This document shows positions 42,010 through 59,562 of a stretch of DNA of 64,000 nt, piece by piece. The notes beneath the pieces are model-generated. The model did not search any database. It was not told the DNA's origin and saw nothing but the letters and a program-made list of their open reading frames with translations. Origin of the DNA: Octopus vulgaris (lineage: Eukaryota); contig OX597823.1 of assembly GCA_951406725.2 (NCBI GenBank), forward strand, positions 9,486,001-9,550,000, in the 5' to 3' direction. Made by a program: the position numbers and the translations under genes. The first letter of the stretch is position 1. Every line of letters begins with the position of its first letter.

Positions 42010-42585
42010 GAGAGAGTTGATATGTGAAAGCACGTGGTTGGATGTATAAAAGACAAAAAAGAGTGAAAAACTTGTGTTATATGGTTAAAGAATATATATA
42101 AATCGTTATGTTAGAAAAATGTTATAAAATTTTGCGTATAGTAACATTGTTTTTCGAGAAATAACCGGTTTCGTATTTTCTTTTTAAATTTCTCAAATTT
42201 CTTTGCGTATGTCGTGTCATGTCTTGGCTATGTTGTGAAATATGGAGCTCTAGACAGGGGAATGTAATCAGGGATTTTGTTCGGTATAAGGGAAATAATC
42301 AAAAATGTTGGGAATGATAAGGTTTTATTAATTTAACATGATTTGGTTTAGAAGGAATAGAATGTTGCTTGTTTGCAGCTGCTGCCGGAAGAGTGTCGAG
42401 TCGAACACTAAAGCGCCTATAGGACACCGCTCCGGATTTCTTTGAAGGTTGTCTCCTTTCCGTAACCCTGAATAGGGGACCATATAGGGTACTGTCAGCC
42501 GGTACCAGCTGAGCCCAGGAGTAGTCAGGCAGGGCCGTCACTCTCTGTTGTAGTGAAGAAAATAGCTACCCACTGCCTAATAATG

Positions 42586-45057
<2,472 letters not shown>

Positions 45058-45071
45058 TATAATAATAATAA

Positions 45072-45668
45072 CACAATAAATTCCATCTAGTCACAGCAGA
45101 CGTTACACAATCAATTCCATGTAACCACAACAGAAATTGGTGGAAAAAATAAGTGGGATTGGCTGATGAAAGGAACCCTAAAAAAAGAGGACGAGTGGAC
45201 TATACTGGCAGCGCAAGACCAAACTTTGGCCACGAACTGAAGGGTCAACCTTAGGAATGAACAAGTCGCTCCGCTGTGCAGCATCTGAAATACAGTGAAT
45301 GAAAGCATTGTCCATATCCCAAACGAATGTCCTAGACTTGCCTAAAACCACTACCAGGTGTGGCGAAACGATCAGGTAGCGAAAGCGCTACATTGCAAAT
45401 TGCGTGAAAAGTGGGTGTCTAAAGAGAGGCAATACGTGTGGTATACTCTCTTACTCTTTTACTCTTTTACTTGTTTCAGTCATTTGACTGCGGCCATGCT
45501 GGAGGACCGCCTTTAGTCGAGCAAATCAACCCCGGGACTTATCCTTTGTAAGCCCAGTACTTATTCTATTAGTCTATTTTGCCGAACCGCTAAGTGACGG
45601 GGACGTAAACACTCCAGCATCGGTTGTCAAGCAATGCTAGGGGGACAAACACTGACACACAAACATAT

Positions 45669-45725
<57 letters not shown>

Positions 45726-46398
45726 TACGACAGGCTTCTTTCAGTTTCCGTCTACCAATTCCACTCACAAGGCATTGGTCGGCCCGGGACTATAGCAGCA
45801 GACACTTGCCCAAGATGCCACGCAGTGGGACTGAACCCAGAACCATGTGGTTGGTAAGCAAGCTACTTACCACACAGCCACTCCTGCGCCTATGAGGACA
45901 GGAGTGGCTGTGCACAAATGAGCACAAATCGCAGAGAGTAGCGGGTGGGAGACTAGCAAAATCCTCTGGGATTTACCAATCGAAACAGATAAGGCGCTAG
46001 AGCATAACAGACCGAACCTAGTGATGGTGGTGGACAAGGTGCATCACATATGTTATATAGTTTATATTGCGTGCCTCTTTGATGTACGAATTGTTAAAAA
46101 GGAAGACGAAAAGATAGATACAATCCCCTGAGGTACGAAATAGCCCGGCTTGGGAAAATGATGAAGGTGAATGTAGGGCCAATTATTGTTGGGTCTTTGG
46201 GAACAGTAGCAGAAGTTATCAAGTGGAATATCAAGGAAATCGGAATAAAGTGCCAGGGAGAACTATTAGAAAAGGTTCGCCTCCTTAGCACAGCAGAATG
46301 ACCAGGAACGTACGGCACTGTAGGCTGCAGGTAGTAATCCCGCTACGCATGCAAGACTCCAGGAGCTCCAACAAAACCTGTGATAAAGAGAAAATAAT
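45072..46398 (+). mobile_element. Old R4/Dong fragment interrupted by SINE C
   Basis: WDWLMKGTLKK..ILAAQDQ..CSI..H..C..ILWDLPIETDKALEHNRP..PIIVGSLG..LLSTA. Confidence 0.82.
45446..45892 (-). mobile_element. SINE family C, full length, internal (TA/CA)n
   Basis: Head ggcgcaggagtggctgtgtggtaag, B-box-like gggttcagtccc, tail (aaaagagt)n. Confidence 0.9.
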
Positions 46399-46428
46399 AT
46401 TCTTCTTCTTCTTCTTCTTTTTCTTCTT

Positions 46429-47349
<921 letters not shown>

Positions 47350-47368
47350 GTTGTTGTTGTTGTTGTTG

Positions 47369-47424
<56 letters not shown>

Positions 47425-48539
47425 AATAATAATAAAATATATAATAAGAATGATAATGATAATAATAGTAGAAGGAGTAATATTACTAATGATAATGATA
47501 ACGATGATGCTAATAATAATAATAATAATAATAATGATGATTATAATATGAAGAAGAAGAAGAAGAGGAAGATGAAGAAGAAGAAGAAGAAGAAGAAGAA
47601 GAAGAAGAAGAATTATAATAATTATAATAACAATACAACTGTTAGTATTGGTGTTATTCTTAACCATTTATTTCAATTAGCAGATAACTACAACAACAAC
47701 AACAACAACAACAACAACAGCAATAGCATCAATAACAACGCTATCAGTTGCAACTGTGCCAACAGCAAACATAACAGTGACAACTGCGACAAAACAGTCA
47801 TCAACTGTAACATACCAACAGAATACTAACAATAATATAATCAGCGTCAAAGATATCACCGACAATCATTGTCTGGCAAAAGCAGAGCGCAGAAGGACTG
47901 AGTGCAATGCTTCTGCTTATGAATGCTGAGGCCATTGATCTTATCTTGAAGTTCCACTCCAAGATGCACTGACGTCGTTCAGCGGAAAAATCACGATATA
48001 ACTAAGCACAAGCGTCAACGCTAATGTTATCGATAAAAGGCATAGGACTGAAATAGTAATTTCAAAAATATCCCGTCTAACGCACTGACATTTCTCTCAA
48101 AGCCCTGGATGGATATTAATTTATCGAGTGTGAATGGATGAAAAGCAAATTTGACCTCGACATTTGAGTTCGTTTTTGCATTCTAACACCTCTCCCAATT
48201 TGCGTGAGACCATACCAGATAGAAAATCAAGAAGGGAAAACGGAATTGAAGAAGCCGTTATCGTATAGTCGAACGGACAAACATCTCCCACACATCAAAT
48301 GCCAAATATTTTCTGATAATAAGTTTACGTTTCATGATGCTGATTGGCTAACAAAAAAGTGGGATCCGGAATAGATTTGCTATTTATACATAGACAATGC
48401 CAAATATACGGATTTATAGATCATTAGTACCTGTGAGAGATTTGAGTATTATCTGAGATTTAAACTGGGGTTGTTTGGAATTAGTGGTCGGCCCACCAAG
48501 ATTGTTGTGATACCTCTTTAGCTAGGAATGTAATCAGTT

Positions 48540-48960
48540 TAGTATTTACTTCTTCGTTTATAAGACGTCTCAGGTGTGTCACCCTTCAGGTTCCAGCAGA
48601 AATCAGCCAGCATATCTGGGCTACATCTCCTTTTACCTGTTTTCCATTGACGCTGTATCATGATGGAACCTCTCTCCATGTTCGTCACAAACATCTCCTG
48701 CAATCTCTGGGGAAAAGGACAGGTGAGAATGAAGAAGGTGGACCTTCAGTGACATATTGCATCCGAGATCTTGGTAACACTTGTTTAGGCTCTCCACTAT
48801 ATTCTCTCACTGGTCCACTTGGTGCTTTCCCAGACCTCCTTTGCATACATCTTTGAATGCATGCCAGGCCTCTAGCTCAGTTTCATCCATTGTCGCCTCA
48901 GTCTTCATCTGGCACAATTAATCTTTAATCTTGGCATCACTTATTGTAGGGATAATTGTG
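48540..48960 (-). mobile_element. Chapaev3 (CMC) transposase C-terminal fragment
   Basis: SDAKIK..ELEAWHAFKDV..YQDLGCNMSLKVHLLHSHL..DEHGERFHHD..MLADFCWNL. Confidence 0.85.
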
Positions 48961-48981
48961 GATCCGAATACATTTCTCTTA

Positions 48982-50175
48982 TTATGTTGGTAAGAAAATT
49001 CCGTCACATTTTCAGCATGAACAATGCGAGGGCATTTTTCAAAAGGTACTTTAAAAACAAACACTACATTTTACATTTTAATGTTCTTTTTCTTGCTTAG
49101 CATCTTACGTAATATCTTAATAGCTAAATTCATATCGATTTTACCCTTTTAAAATGAGTTTAGCTTAGAACTATTTGTGTCAATGTATGCTATATGAATT
49201 CGACCCACGATCCTCAGCAATGAAAGCCAAATTAAATATTCATTCTGTTATTGGAAATGAAGATTTAAGTGTCGCGATATTCCATTGATAGTTTGGCTAT
49301 TTTTGCTGGAACGTTTTCTTTCACAGCCCCCCCCCCCTCATGATCTGAATGGGAGTTTTGTTATTATTGAACTTCTAAAGACCGTAGTTGAGACAAATAC
49401 AAAATATATTGCACGAGAATTTATAAAACCGATGATTCCAGGCCACACTTGGATAAAAGAGCAACAAAAACTCCTTTATGAAATACAGAAGGTGTCTAAA
49501 GAAATATAATAGGGTCTTCGTCACCTGTCTGCTCCCCAGCTTGATTAAAGTGTTTCCGTTTGTTTGTCATTGAAGCGTAGATTTCCTTCCTAACAGTTAC
49601 TAGGTTGAATCATTACAAATCACGAAATTGGGTTTTTTCTCTAAACATCTCCAAGTAAAATCATAATGATTAAGATGCAACAAAAGACAAGAACATATTT
49701 TCACACCAGGACTATATTCAAAAAGCGTTATGTTCCTTGTTTAGTTGTATAAGACAGGTTTTTGCAGAAAAAAGTGCCAAGCATTGGTCAGTCACAAATT
49801 GCTGTTGCTCTTACTCAATAGGGCAAAACCACATGTGACCCATGTGACTCAGGAAAAGAATATAGCGCTAAGTATGGAAGTTTCGCTCAGTCGTGAGTTT
49901 TTCTCAATGACTATTATCTTTTTACAACAATGCAATATCATTTAGCGGGAAAACATTTCATTAATTGTAAAAAGGCTAAAAATAATAATGTGTTCCTCTG
50001 CTTCAAAATCTGAAGAATTTTACGCGTAATCGAGCAACATTTCGCGAAAGAGATGGAATTATGTTATCAGCAGTGTGAGTAAAAGTTATCTTGATTGAAT
50101 ATATCAATTAAGACAAAAGAAGCATTTGTTTCTTTTCCATCTTGAAATACGGCAGGACATGTTCCCTTCATTTAA
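48982..50175 (+). mobile_element. Very degenerate mariner-like element
   Basis: LLLLLNRAKPHVTHVTQEK motif (H-D-N-A-x-P-H relic); possible TIR remnants. Confidence 0.4.
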
Positions 50176-50896
50176 CATTTCTTTTATCTTAATTTGAACT
50201 ATTTTATTTAGATATTTTTATCCTATTAGAAATCTGAATGCATTACAATGAAAATTCTTGACACAGAGATTAAGAGATTCTGTGTCAAGTCTCTAAAACA
50301 TAGTCCACCAATGTGCGAATTTTACAGAGAAATATTTTCACGTTTTCACGAATCAACACATAAAGAGAAATTATTTGCTCTAATGCGAGAAAATTCTTGG
50401 AGATCTAATTATCGATTTAGCTTTTATTTAAGTTTGCAGGATATCAATGATAAAGGTTCGAAGCACTTTTAGAATAGAAAATTTGTTCCTTTCGCACTTT
50501 TTCTCTCTGTCCATCTGTCTGTTTGTCACTATTTGTCTGCCTGCTTATTTATCTGTCTGTCTTTCTCTGTATGTCTGTATGTCTGTCTGTCTGTTGCTCT
50601 CTCTCTCTCTCTCTCCGTTTAGTTGAAATATTGTGTTTTATCTCTTTTAATATCCAAAGACTTTTAGTTTTGCTTCTATTTACTGATCCCAGGTTAACAT
50701 TTCTCTTTTAGTCTGTACACTGTAGAATTAGTTTAATAAGTTGACACTAAATGTATTTTAAACATCGACAAAATGTTAGAGACTAATATAAAGAAACACT
50801 AAAACTGTTTAAAGACGATTGATAATTATGTCTATAAAACTAAAAATTTCAAGCAATAAGCTGATAGGAGTGTAAATAGTAGCATTTAACATAATA

Positions 50897-50959
<63 letters not shown>

Positions 50960-51019
50960 GTATATATATGTGTATATGTATACATATGGATATATATATA
51001 TACATACATACATACATAC

Positions 51020-51057
<38 letters not shown>

Positions 51058-51058
51058 C

Positions 51059-51107
<49 letters not shown>

Positions 51108-51111
<4 letters not shown>

Positions 51112-51225
51112 GGGGTATGGTATATGAGTTCAGCAAAAATTTAGATTCAGATGAATATAGTACTTAAGTTGCGGCACCGGAATTTAGTATGTTATTATCC
51201 ATACAATTTCAAAATAAGATATTCA
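51108..51225 (-). mobile_element. Penelope-like terminus (second family) abutting (TA)n
   Basis: Homologous to 16130 and 25511. Confidence 0.55.
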
Positions 51226-51958
51226 AAACTATGGTATGCTTTTTCTACATTTAATAGTACATTTGAAAATCGGTTACTGATTTGGGGAGAACGTTCTTAG
51301 TGGAGTTTAAAGAGAAATGTGTCAAGTGAAACGTAGAATACTTGTAACGGAAGTAATAAGTGAAAAAAGAGCTGCAAAGAGTATATGTAGGATTTGGAAT
51401 GTAAATGTAACTTTCAGAAAATCAAAGGCATTAAGAATTGCAAAAGTACAACCGGGACGCAAATTCAATTGGAAACTAGCTCTGTGTGTGTGTTGGTGGA
51501 TATGTGCTTTTTGTGAGCGTGTATGTGCGTTTGTGTGCGTGCGTGTATGGACTTATATGTCTGTGTATGTGTGTGTTAAAAGTATATGTGGAGAGGGATT
51601 AAATATATTTTTTTTTTTTACCAGGTGAATAATCAGCTTTCATCCTCGACATGATGGACATTTGTGTGTTAGGAGAGAAGCAGGCGCATAATTTCCTATT
51701 TAAGAACAGTATACTCATTTTCGCCTTACGACATCAGCCTCGAGCATGAAAAAGTTTTCAAAGCTGAAAAGGAAACCTAGATCTTGAGATTCGAATTTTA
51801 TTACGGGATCTGGAATTTTCCAGTAAATTTTTACTAGTTTTATCTTGTCTTTTTGCCTTCTCTCCGTGTTGCTATATGAACACTTAAGGTGGTTTTAGAG
51901 TCAGATCATGGCTGCTATTTTCAGCATGGCGGTATCTCATAGATACCCTAAGTTATAA

Positions 51959-52253
51959 TCTTTATATATAAAAGTCAAGTTGTGTGTCTGTCTCCTACGA
52001 TTTAGATTCCGAACTACTCCCACATTTTGCGGTGCCGTTTAACCAAAACCGGGTATCTTATAGTCGTGATTCATATCGAGCCCTTCTGGGTATTAGCGCG
52101 CGTCTACGATGAGTCTACGATTTTAAAAACAAATTACCATCATTCTTTTCCATTTTGAATGCATTTATTTGCTATTTTTGGCTATAACTCTCTAAAAATG
52201 CTTATATAGTTATTTCCCTTACAAGCCCGAGCAACGCCGGGCGATACTGCTAG
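51959..52253 (+). mobile_element. Non-autonomous Helitron
   Basis: A|TC start, hairpin gcccgagcaacgccgggc, CTAG|T end, no TSD. Confidence 0.85.
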
Positions 52254-52616
52254 TTTTATATATTTTTATACTGTGTGGCTTCGATTGGGGAATATAAGAT
52301 TTTCTCCTATTATCAAGATATCAAAGAAATCATGTTGTGGGAGATAACAACAAATTGTGATTTCAATTAAACTAAATGAGTAATATTTTGTTGACATTAT
52401 TATGTTGAAAGTAAAAGCGACTTAGATGAAATTTATTTGAATATAGGCTTACTCATGGACAGAATTAATATAGCCTATTATTAGTCTCTATGACAAATCC
52501 AGTAAATAACTGCTGTAAATTACACTATTGACTATATTAAAACAAAATTTATTGATGGGGATAAAAGGTTACTATCAATAGGTAGTATATATATATATTA
52601 TTATTATTATTATTTA

Positions 52617-52697
<81 letters not shown>

Positions 52698-52706
52698 CAT
52701 TATTAC

Positions 52707-52763
<57 letters not shown>

Positions 52764-53279
52764 CTAAATAAAATCCGGAGACTGAAACTTACATCGATCA
52801 TAAAATGTATAATATGCAACAGTATTAAATACACAACTATACACTAAAACAAATGTCGGATGAATACTCAAATGTTGACCACGTATATAGGAAACAGTTG
52901 TTGAGTGAAAACAGCTGGAATCATTGAACAATATCAATGAATTATTCATATAAATACAACATAATTCAATTAATTTTAATTTACTTTTATTTGTAAAAGT
53001 ACTTCACACGAACCTATGTTTATTTCATATCGAACATATACATTTTCTAATTCAAAGCACGGAAATGATATGGCCGCCATTTGCAGCTTGAAACTAAAAA
53101 AAAGGCTAACCTCCAAGTAATTATATGCAAGGATATTTTACTGCATCTGCATAAAGAGCGGTTAGTCTGTGTGTCTGTCTGTCTGTCTCTGCCTCTCTCT
53201 CTCTCTCTACATATATATATATATATATATATCTATGTCACCACGTGCAATATGTGCGTGTATATATATGTATATATAC

Positions 53280-53340
<61 letters not shown>

Positions 53341-53454
53341 TATATATATATATATATATACACACACGTACTAACATACGTACATTCGTAAATGCATACA
53401 TATCTATATATATGATGTCTTCCATATTGTTTAGAAGATACATGTTTATTATTT

Positions 53455-53700
53455 ATTGTATCAATCGCTTTTGTCAAACTGCTAAGTCACTGAGACGTAA
53501 AACACCGATCACTGTTTGTAAAGCTTTTGGCAATGACACACATACATACACACATACACACACACATAGATACACACACAGACACACACGTACACACCCA
53601 CATATATATACGATGTACTTCTTTCAGTTTCCATCTAGCTAATCTGCCGTCGGGGCTTTTGTCGGGTTGAGTTTATATTGGAAGAGACATTCCTAAGGTA
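53455..53700 (-). mobile_element. Degenerate SINE family C
   Basis: gctaagtcac..gacgtaaaacacc..ctttcagtttcc. Confidence 0.55.
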
Positions 53701-54783
53701 ATACGTACGCACGCATAAACACTCACACACGCACACACACACACGCACACACACACATACATAAACTCATACAGGCACACATACAGACACACACACTTAA
53801 CTGATTATACCTCAGAGACTGTTTTAGTTGGAATTTGAGAACAACGTACATCTCGGGCAGAAACAGGAATCTAATCCACCAAATTAAAAGGCACAATCTG
53901 TATCCAGCAATAAACACTATGTGTGTGATTTAATCCGAGTCATTAACCACGCCTAATCAGCTCAGCGTGGGCGATAGGGAGGGAGGGAGAGAGAGAGAAA
54001 GAGGAAGTGAATTAGAACTTAGACACTGTCATGTGTGTTTCGTCCTTCTCTTCGATCAAAAGGGCGTATGTAGACGTAGGGAGAACGATAGTACCCTCTC
54101 TCTCGTCTTTTGTAGGTTTTTTTCCCTCTGCCTCTCGCTGCCTCTCATTTTCCTTTACTCTCTTTTGCCCCGCATCTCTTTAATTCAATAATTTCCCTCT
54201 TTTCTCACCGCTCTCTTTTTCCGAACTTCCTCTCACCCTGTTTGCATTCGACTTCCGAGTTCAAATCCTGCCATAATCTGTTGTCACTCCGAGATCGATA
54301 TGACGCGCACCAGAAATGTCCAGAGGCTGATTTGATATCTTATAGTCCAATGATCTCTTATTATTTCATAATTATGTGCTGCAAGGTAGTTTGTGGAATA
54401 CATTTTACATCATTTACGCTCTGAGTTCAATTCCTACCGGTAGTAGTATCCCTGCATCTGCTCACATAGTTAGATACGTACCTACATGAGATATTTTGGT
54501 GTGATTTGAATGAAATTTGGTTTCTATTTCTGCCAGCGCTAGCATACATTACAGTTTTATGCATCATAAATTCAAATGTTTTGGGGGAAACGTGGCTGCT
54601 ACTTCTAACAAGTTCATCTACAATGTAGAAAGGTCTACCCATTGTCATTAACCGTATACATACATGAAATATAAGACAATGCTTTGAGGAAGATTGGCTA
54701 CTATAACTATCTGGTGCAGCATACATCATAAATTCCAGACATTGCTTCAAAAAGACTTTCATTGACATTTAATTATCGTAATG

Positions 54784-54829
<46 letters not shown>

Positions 54830-55254
54830 CATTACGATAATTAAATGTCAATGTCACACTTTTTGAAGCAAAGTCTGGAAAACACACACACTACATATAC
54901 ATAAACGCACACACACATACTTCAAACTACCCGTTAAACACCTTTCTACTGACTATTCTCCAATGCACGTGTGTAGGGAGACACACAACAGACAGCCACT
55001 CCTACCAAAATTCTTACTATAAATTCTTCCTATGACCTTAAATGACACTAAGTCCAACCACACACATACATAAACAGCCACAAACACACACACACACACC
55101 CGTGCACGCACATACGCACACATAACCACACATACCTTCTTCTCTCGCGATCTCCTGTCTTTGAAAGAAATTTTACTTCACCTAATTCCTTCCGGTCTCT
55201 TCAATATGTGTATCGTTGGCGATTTTCTACCTCCGTCTTCCCTTCTTTTTCTAT

Positions 55255-55289
55255 ATTTCTGATGAAGAGCTCCGCTCGAAACGTGAAAT
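55255..55289 (+). ncRNA. Minimal hammerhead (GTG triplet, probably inactive) in Penelope-like fragment 55208-55385
   Basis: attt-CTGATGA-a-gagc-tcc-gctc-GAAAC-GTG-aaat. Confidence 0.68.
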
Positions 55290-55381
55290 CCTCTTTCTTT
55301 CCTTTCCTTTCCTTTCCTGAGCGTCTAATAAAACTGTACTTATTTCACGTCCTCTCGTTGTTGTTTTTTCTTGCTTGTTCA

Positions 55382-55461
<80 letters not shown>

Positions 55462-55463
<2 letters not shown>

Positions 55464-55850
55464 GCAGGAGTGGCTGTGTGGTAAGTAGCTTGCTAACCAA
55501 CTACATGGTTCCGGGTTCAGTCCCACTGCGTGGCATCTTGGGCAAGTGTCTTCTGCAATAGCCCCGGGCCGATTAATGCCTTGTGAGTGGATTTGGTAGA
55601 CGGAAACTGAAAGAAACCCGTCGTATATATGTATATATATGTATATATGTGTATGTTTGTCCCCCTAGCATTGCTTGACAACCGATGCTGGTGTGTTTAC
55701 GTCCCCGTCACTTAGCGGTTCGGCAAAAGAGACCGATAGAATAAGTACTGGGCTTACAAAGAATAAGTCCGGGGTCGATATGCTCGACTAAAGGCGGTGC
55801 TCCAGCATGGCCGTAGTCAAATGACTGAAACAAGTAAAAAAGTAAAAGAG
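55462..55850 (+). mobile_element. SINE family C, full length
   Basis: Matches the 45446 and 58040 copies. Confidence 0.9.
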
Positions 55851-58039
55851 AGAGAGAGTCGATCATAATATGATCGAAAAATACTAATTTTAAAAGTTGG
55901 AATTTTTCAAAAAAAAAAGCAGCCATGTTAGTTAAATGAAAATCGCAATGAACGCAGACAAATATTAGATTTATACAGAATTAATTAATCCAGTTTAGAA
56001 CATGCACAGTCATATTGTCAAGCACGTTTGCAGTGTCTTCGTTTATGAGTCTTTCATACGGAACTATAACTAAAAATGTGATTTGATCCCACAGCAAGCA
56101 TTGCGGTCTAATGATTAACGGTGTTGTGAAGACTGTAGGACTGAATTGGTATTCGTGACATACATTAACAAGTAGTTGCGGACAAAAAGATGAGTTGAAG
56201 CAGCTATGTAAACAATGAGTTTAAAATGAGAATTCAGGCAAATTCATACTAGTATATTTAAATAATGCCTATGATTGAAGCTAGAGTTCAATTTTGGGGT
56301 TATTTTCCAATTTTGTTTACTCGTAATATAATAACCAATAAGCAGAAACTTTGAACCAGCGATCATTATCTTTTAATCGCATTTGGATATCTATGTTAGA
56401 GATTCACATACTTGTCATTTCTTCCTAATCGCATTTGTTTCCAACTTAACTTCTAAACGAATTTGTTTTGTTTTTTTTCTCTTAAATTTCGAATTATTGT
56501 TATTTCATTTCATATCAAATGAAACTATAAAACGAAATACAGAACAAAAGTATGTTATATGCAGGTTATTGATTGGTGCTTGTAATTTTAATTACTTCAT
56601 CAATAAGAGAGACAATTAGAAATATATGATGTATATAAAACACCTGTTCTAATTTATTAATTTGATTTTAACATTTCTAGGTTTCTGGTTCTCTCTAGAA
56701 AAATGTTTCACGTTTAAACATTCATAGATTTGTACGATACAGCTTATCATGTGATGTTGATATACTGCATTGGTGATCAATGATGAGGGGTTCATGTCAC
56801 CCAAGAGAAGTGAGAAATGTCTAAACCAACAACAATTAAAGAGACTGACAGCCCTGTCTGCTCTGTGTCTGTTACCAACTCTGTCTGCCTGTCTGTCTGT
56901 CTGTCAGTCTGTCTCTCTGTCTGTCTGTCTCTCTCTCTGCCTATCTATCTATCTATCTATCTCTCACTTTATCTTTCTCTTAATCTCTCATTACATGCAT
57001 ACATATCTTAAAGAGTACTAGCACTACGTATTAATGTTTCCATGAGAATTATGACCAAGAGTAAGGCTTGTCACACACATTATTATTAATAACGTACAGC
57101 GTAATGCATGCAAAGGAAACATATAAAGATTAAACATAATTACTATATATCGCAATTACTATAATTACTATAGGTACAAGAAAGTATACTTTCTTGTACC
57201 CAACCTGAGACAGCTAGTAGCACATACTATTAAATTTGAGTCACCACATTGACACAACAATAATATAATTAAATTTGTGTATCTGAAAGTTTACATTTTA
57301 TCGGTTCTCCAGTATTTAAACTTTAAGGTTAAGAGACGTTCTGGTTAGACGATATGGAGACATCTCGAAGATTTGATCACGAGGAGATTGAACGAGAATT
57401 TCGTGTAGCCATTTTGAAACTTATTGTATTTTGTGGAATCCTCTTCTTTTTTTTTCTGCAATACATCTAAAAAACAATGCTGCCTTTTTTATATTTCTTG
57501 GTGAATGTTTCGATGCACTACTCTATTATTTTCAAGTAGGTAAGATGTTGATTAAAATGGTAAAAGTTACCTATCAAACAATTTACAATGTTCTATTCCC
57601 TTGGTTCGCCATATCTCTTCTTTTACCTTTGTGATTCTTCTATAAATAACGCTACTTTACATTCAGTGAAGTCTCTTTGGAGAGTTCTTTGGATTTGTAG
57701 CGCAATGCATATTCCACATAATCTAATATACAATTCCATTCTCGTTCTTCTCTTCATGTTAACCGGTAAATATATATTAATGCAGCAGCGGCAGAGACAC
57801 TGCTTTCATATGTCTTTCATATAATTGAAACAATAGCTTTCCTACGATGTGGAAATATTTTTGATCCACTGTAGTTGAATGCAATTTTGCTGGATCACTC
57901 TCAAATACATATTTTCATCGCCTGTTTGCGTTATAGCAGTAAGGCTAACATGATATTGGCGTAGTTGCATCGGTTGAAAGATGAAGATAGAGTTAGGTGG
58001 GATGCTTGTTGTCTCACGTAGTAGAAATTTAGGTGTATT

Positions 58040-58439
58040 TACTCTTTACTCTTTTACTTGTTTCAGTCATTTGACTGCGGCTATGTTGGAGCAACGCCTT
58101 TAGTCGAGCAAATCGACCCCGGGACTTATTCTTTGTAAGCCCAGTACTTATTCTATCGGTCTCTTTTTGCCGAACCGCTAAGTGACGGGGACGTAAACAC
58201 ACCAGCATCGGTTGTCAAGCGATGGTGGGGGGACAAACACAGACACACAAACATATACACACACATACATATATACGACAGGCTTCTTTCGGTTTCCGTC
58301 TACCAAATCCACCCACAAAGCAATGGTCGGCCGAGGCTATAGCAGAAGACACTTGCCCAAGATGCCACGCAGTGGGACTGAACCCGGAACAGTGTGGTTG
58401 ATAAGCAAGCTACTTACCACACAGCCACTCCTGCGCCTA
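58040..58439 (-). mobile_element. SINE family C, full length
   Basis: Matches the 45446 and 55462 copies. Confidence 0.9.
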
Positions 58440-59525
58440 TTGTTCAGGATAAGTGAATCCTTGAAAGGGATTTCATTTTCAGTGCATTATTTTTATAGAT
58501 TTCGAATAGGCCTGCTTCACATCGAGTTTTGAAAGGTTTGACTCATCCATGATTTCTTTGTTTCGGTAATATTTTAAATGGACAAGTTGTTTCCAAATGA
58601 AAAATGAGTAAAGTTTATGTTCGACATTATTCCATACACATATGCGTTATGCGATTCTTAAATATCTTTAATATTGGCATGCCGAGATTAAAGATTAACC
58701 TCTCTGCATGTGTATATGCGTCCAAGCATTTACTTCTGAAAAAAAAAAAAAAAACAGAAGTTGAAACAAATTTATTTTGCTAAATATCCTTCTCTTCTGA
58801 TTGATTCAGCTAAAATTTTTATAAAATGTAAGCTTCTCATATATATCAGCATGCGCTAACTCTCATATTCCATGTCCCTTTTAGAGATTATTTCTTTACA
58901 TGAGATGTTTATTTTAACGATTAAATAAATTTTTGATCCAAACAATCCACCACATTGCAAGTTTGTAGATGAAACTTTGCCACTTCGTTGTCATTATTAA
59001 CTACAGCGAATGAGACGAACAATTTACTGCATTCAAAAACTTTTTATTCATCTTTAATAATAATAGAGACAGCTGAATTTGACATCTGTAAATCATATGA
59101 AATGGCATTTTTTTTTTCTATTCTTTTTGTTGATTAATTACGCGTATCTCAACCCGGGAAATTTAGTAACTTTCATTTTTGCCTCAGGTATCAATAGAGG
59201 AAAACATGATTTTCTGTTAACATGTCTTTGCTTAAGAAAATGTTTAGAATATTTGTAAGGTACTTGCGATATGATTGTGGATGGGAAAAATATTTTGGAG
59301 AGGAACACACTGAAGATCGAGATAGAAATAACGGAATTTGAATATTGATGAGCATACAACAAACGACCAAAATCCTTAAGGAATTCACTAAATCATTGAC
59401 TGGTTGCGCCGTAACCTCCCATACTAATAAGCGAACATATTGTGTAATTGTTACCAATACTGTCACATGATATATTCACTGGTATAATGCAGCTCTTACG
59501 TTTGCGATTACTATCGTTCACATAC

Positions 59526-59562
59526 TGACGTGGTCCTCTGACGTGACCCAGTTTTAACCAAT
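59526..59562. promoter_or_regulatory. Candidate promoter cluster: two TGACGTG(G/A) sites plus CCAAT
   Basis: TGACGTGG 59526, TGACGTGA 59539, CCAAT 59558 in non-repetitive DNA. Confidence 0.3.

Noticed and set aside
52855-52920. Additional hammerhead (cggatga..gaaacagttgtt); also 11638-11670 and 42160-42275
   Set aside because: Core or stem I too degenerate to assemble a consistent fold
57354-57503. 49-aa hydrophobic small ORF
   Set aside because: Expected by chance in T-rich DNA; no other support
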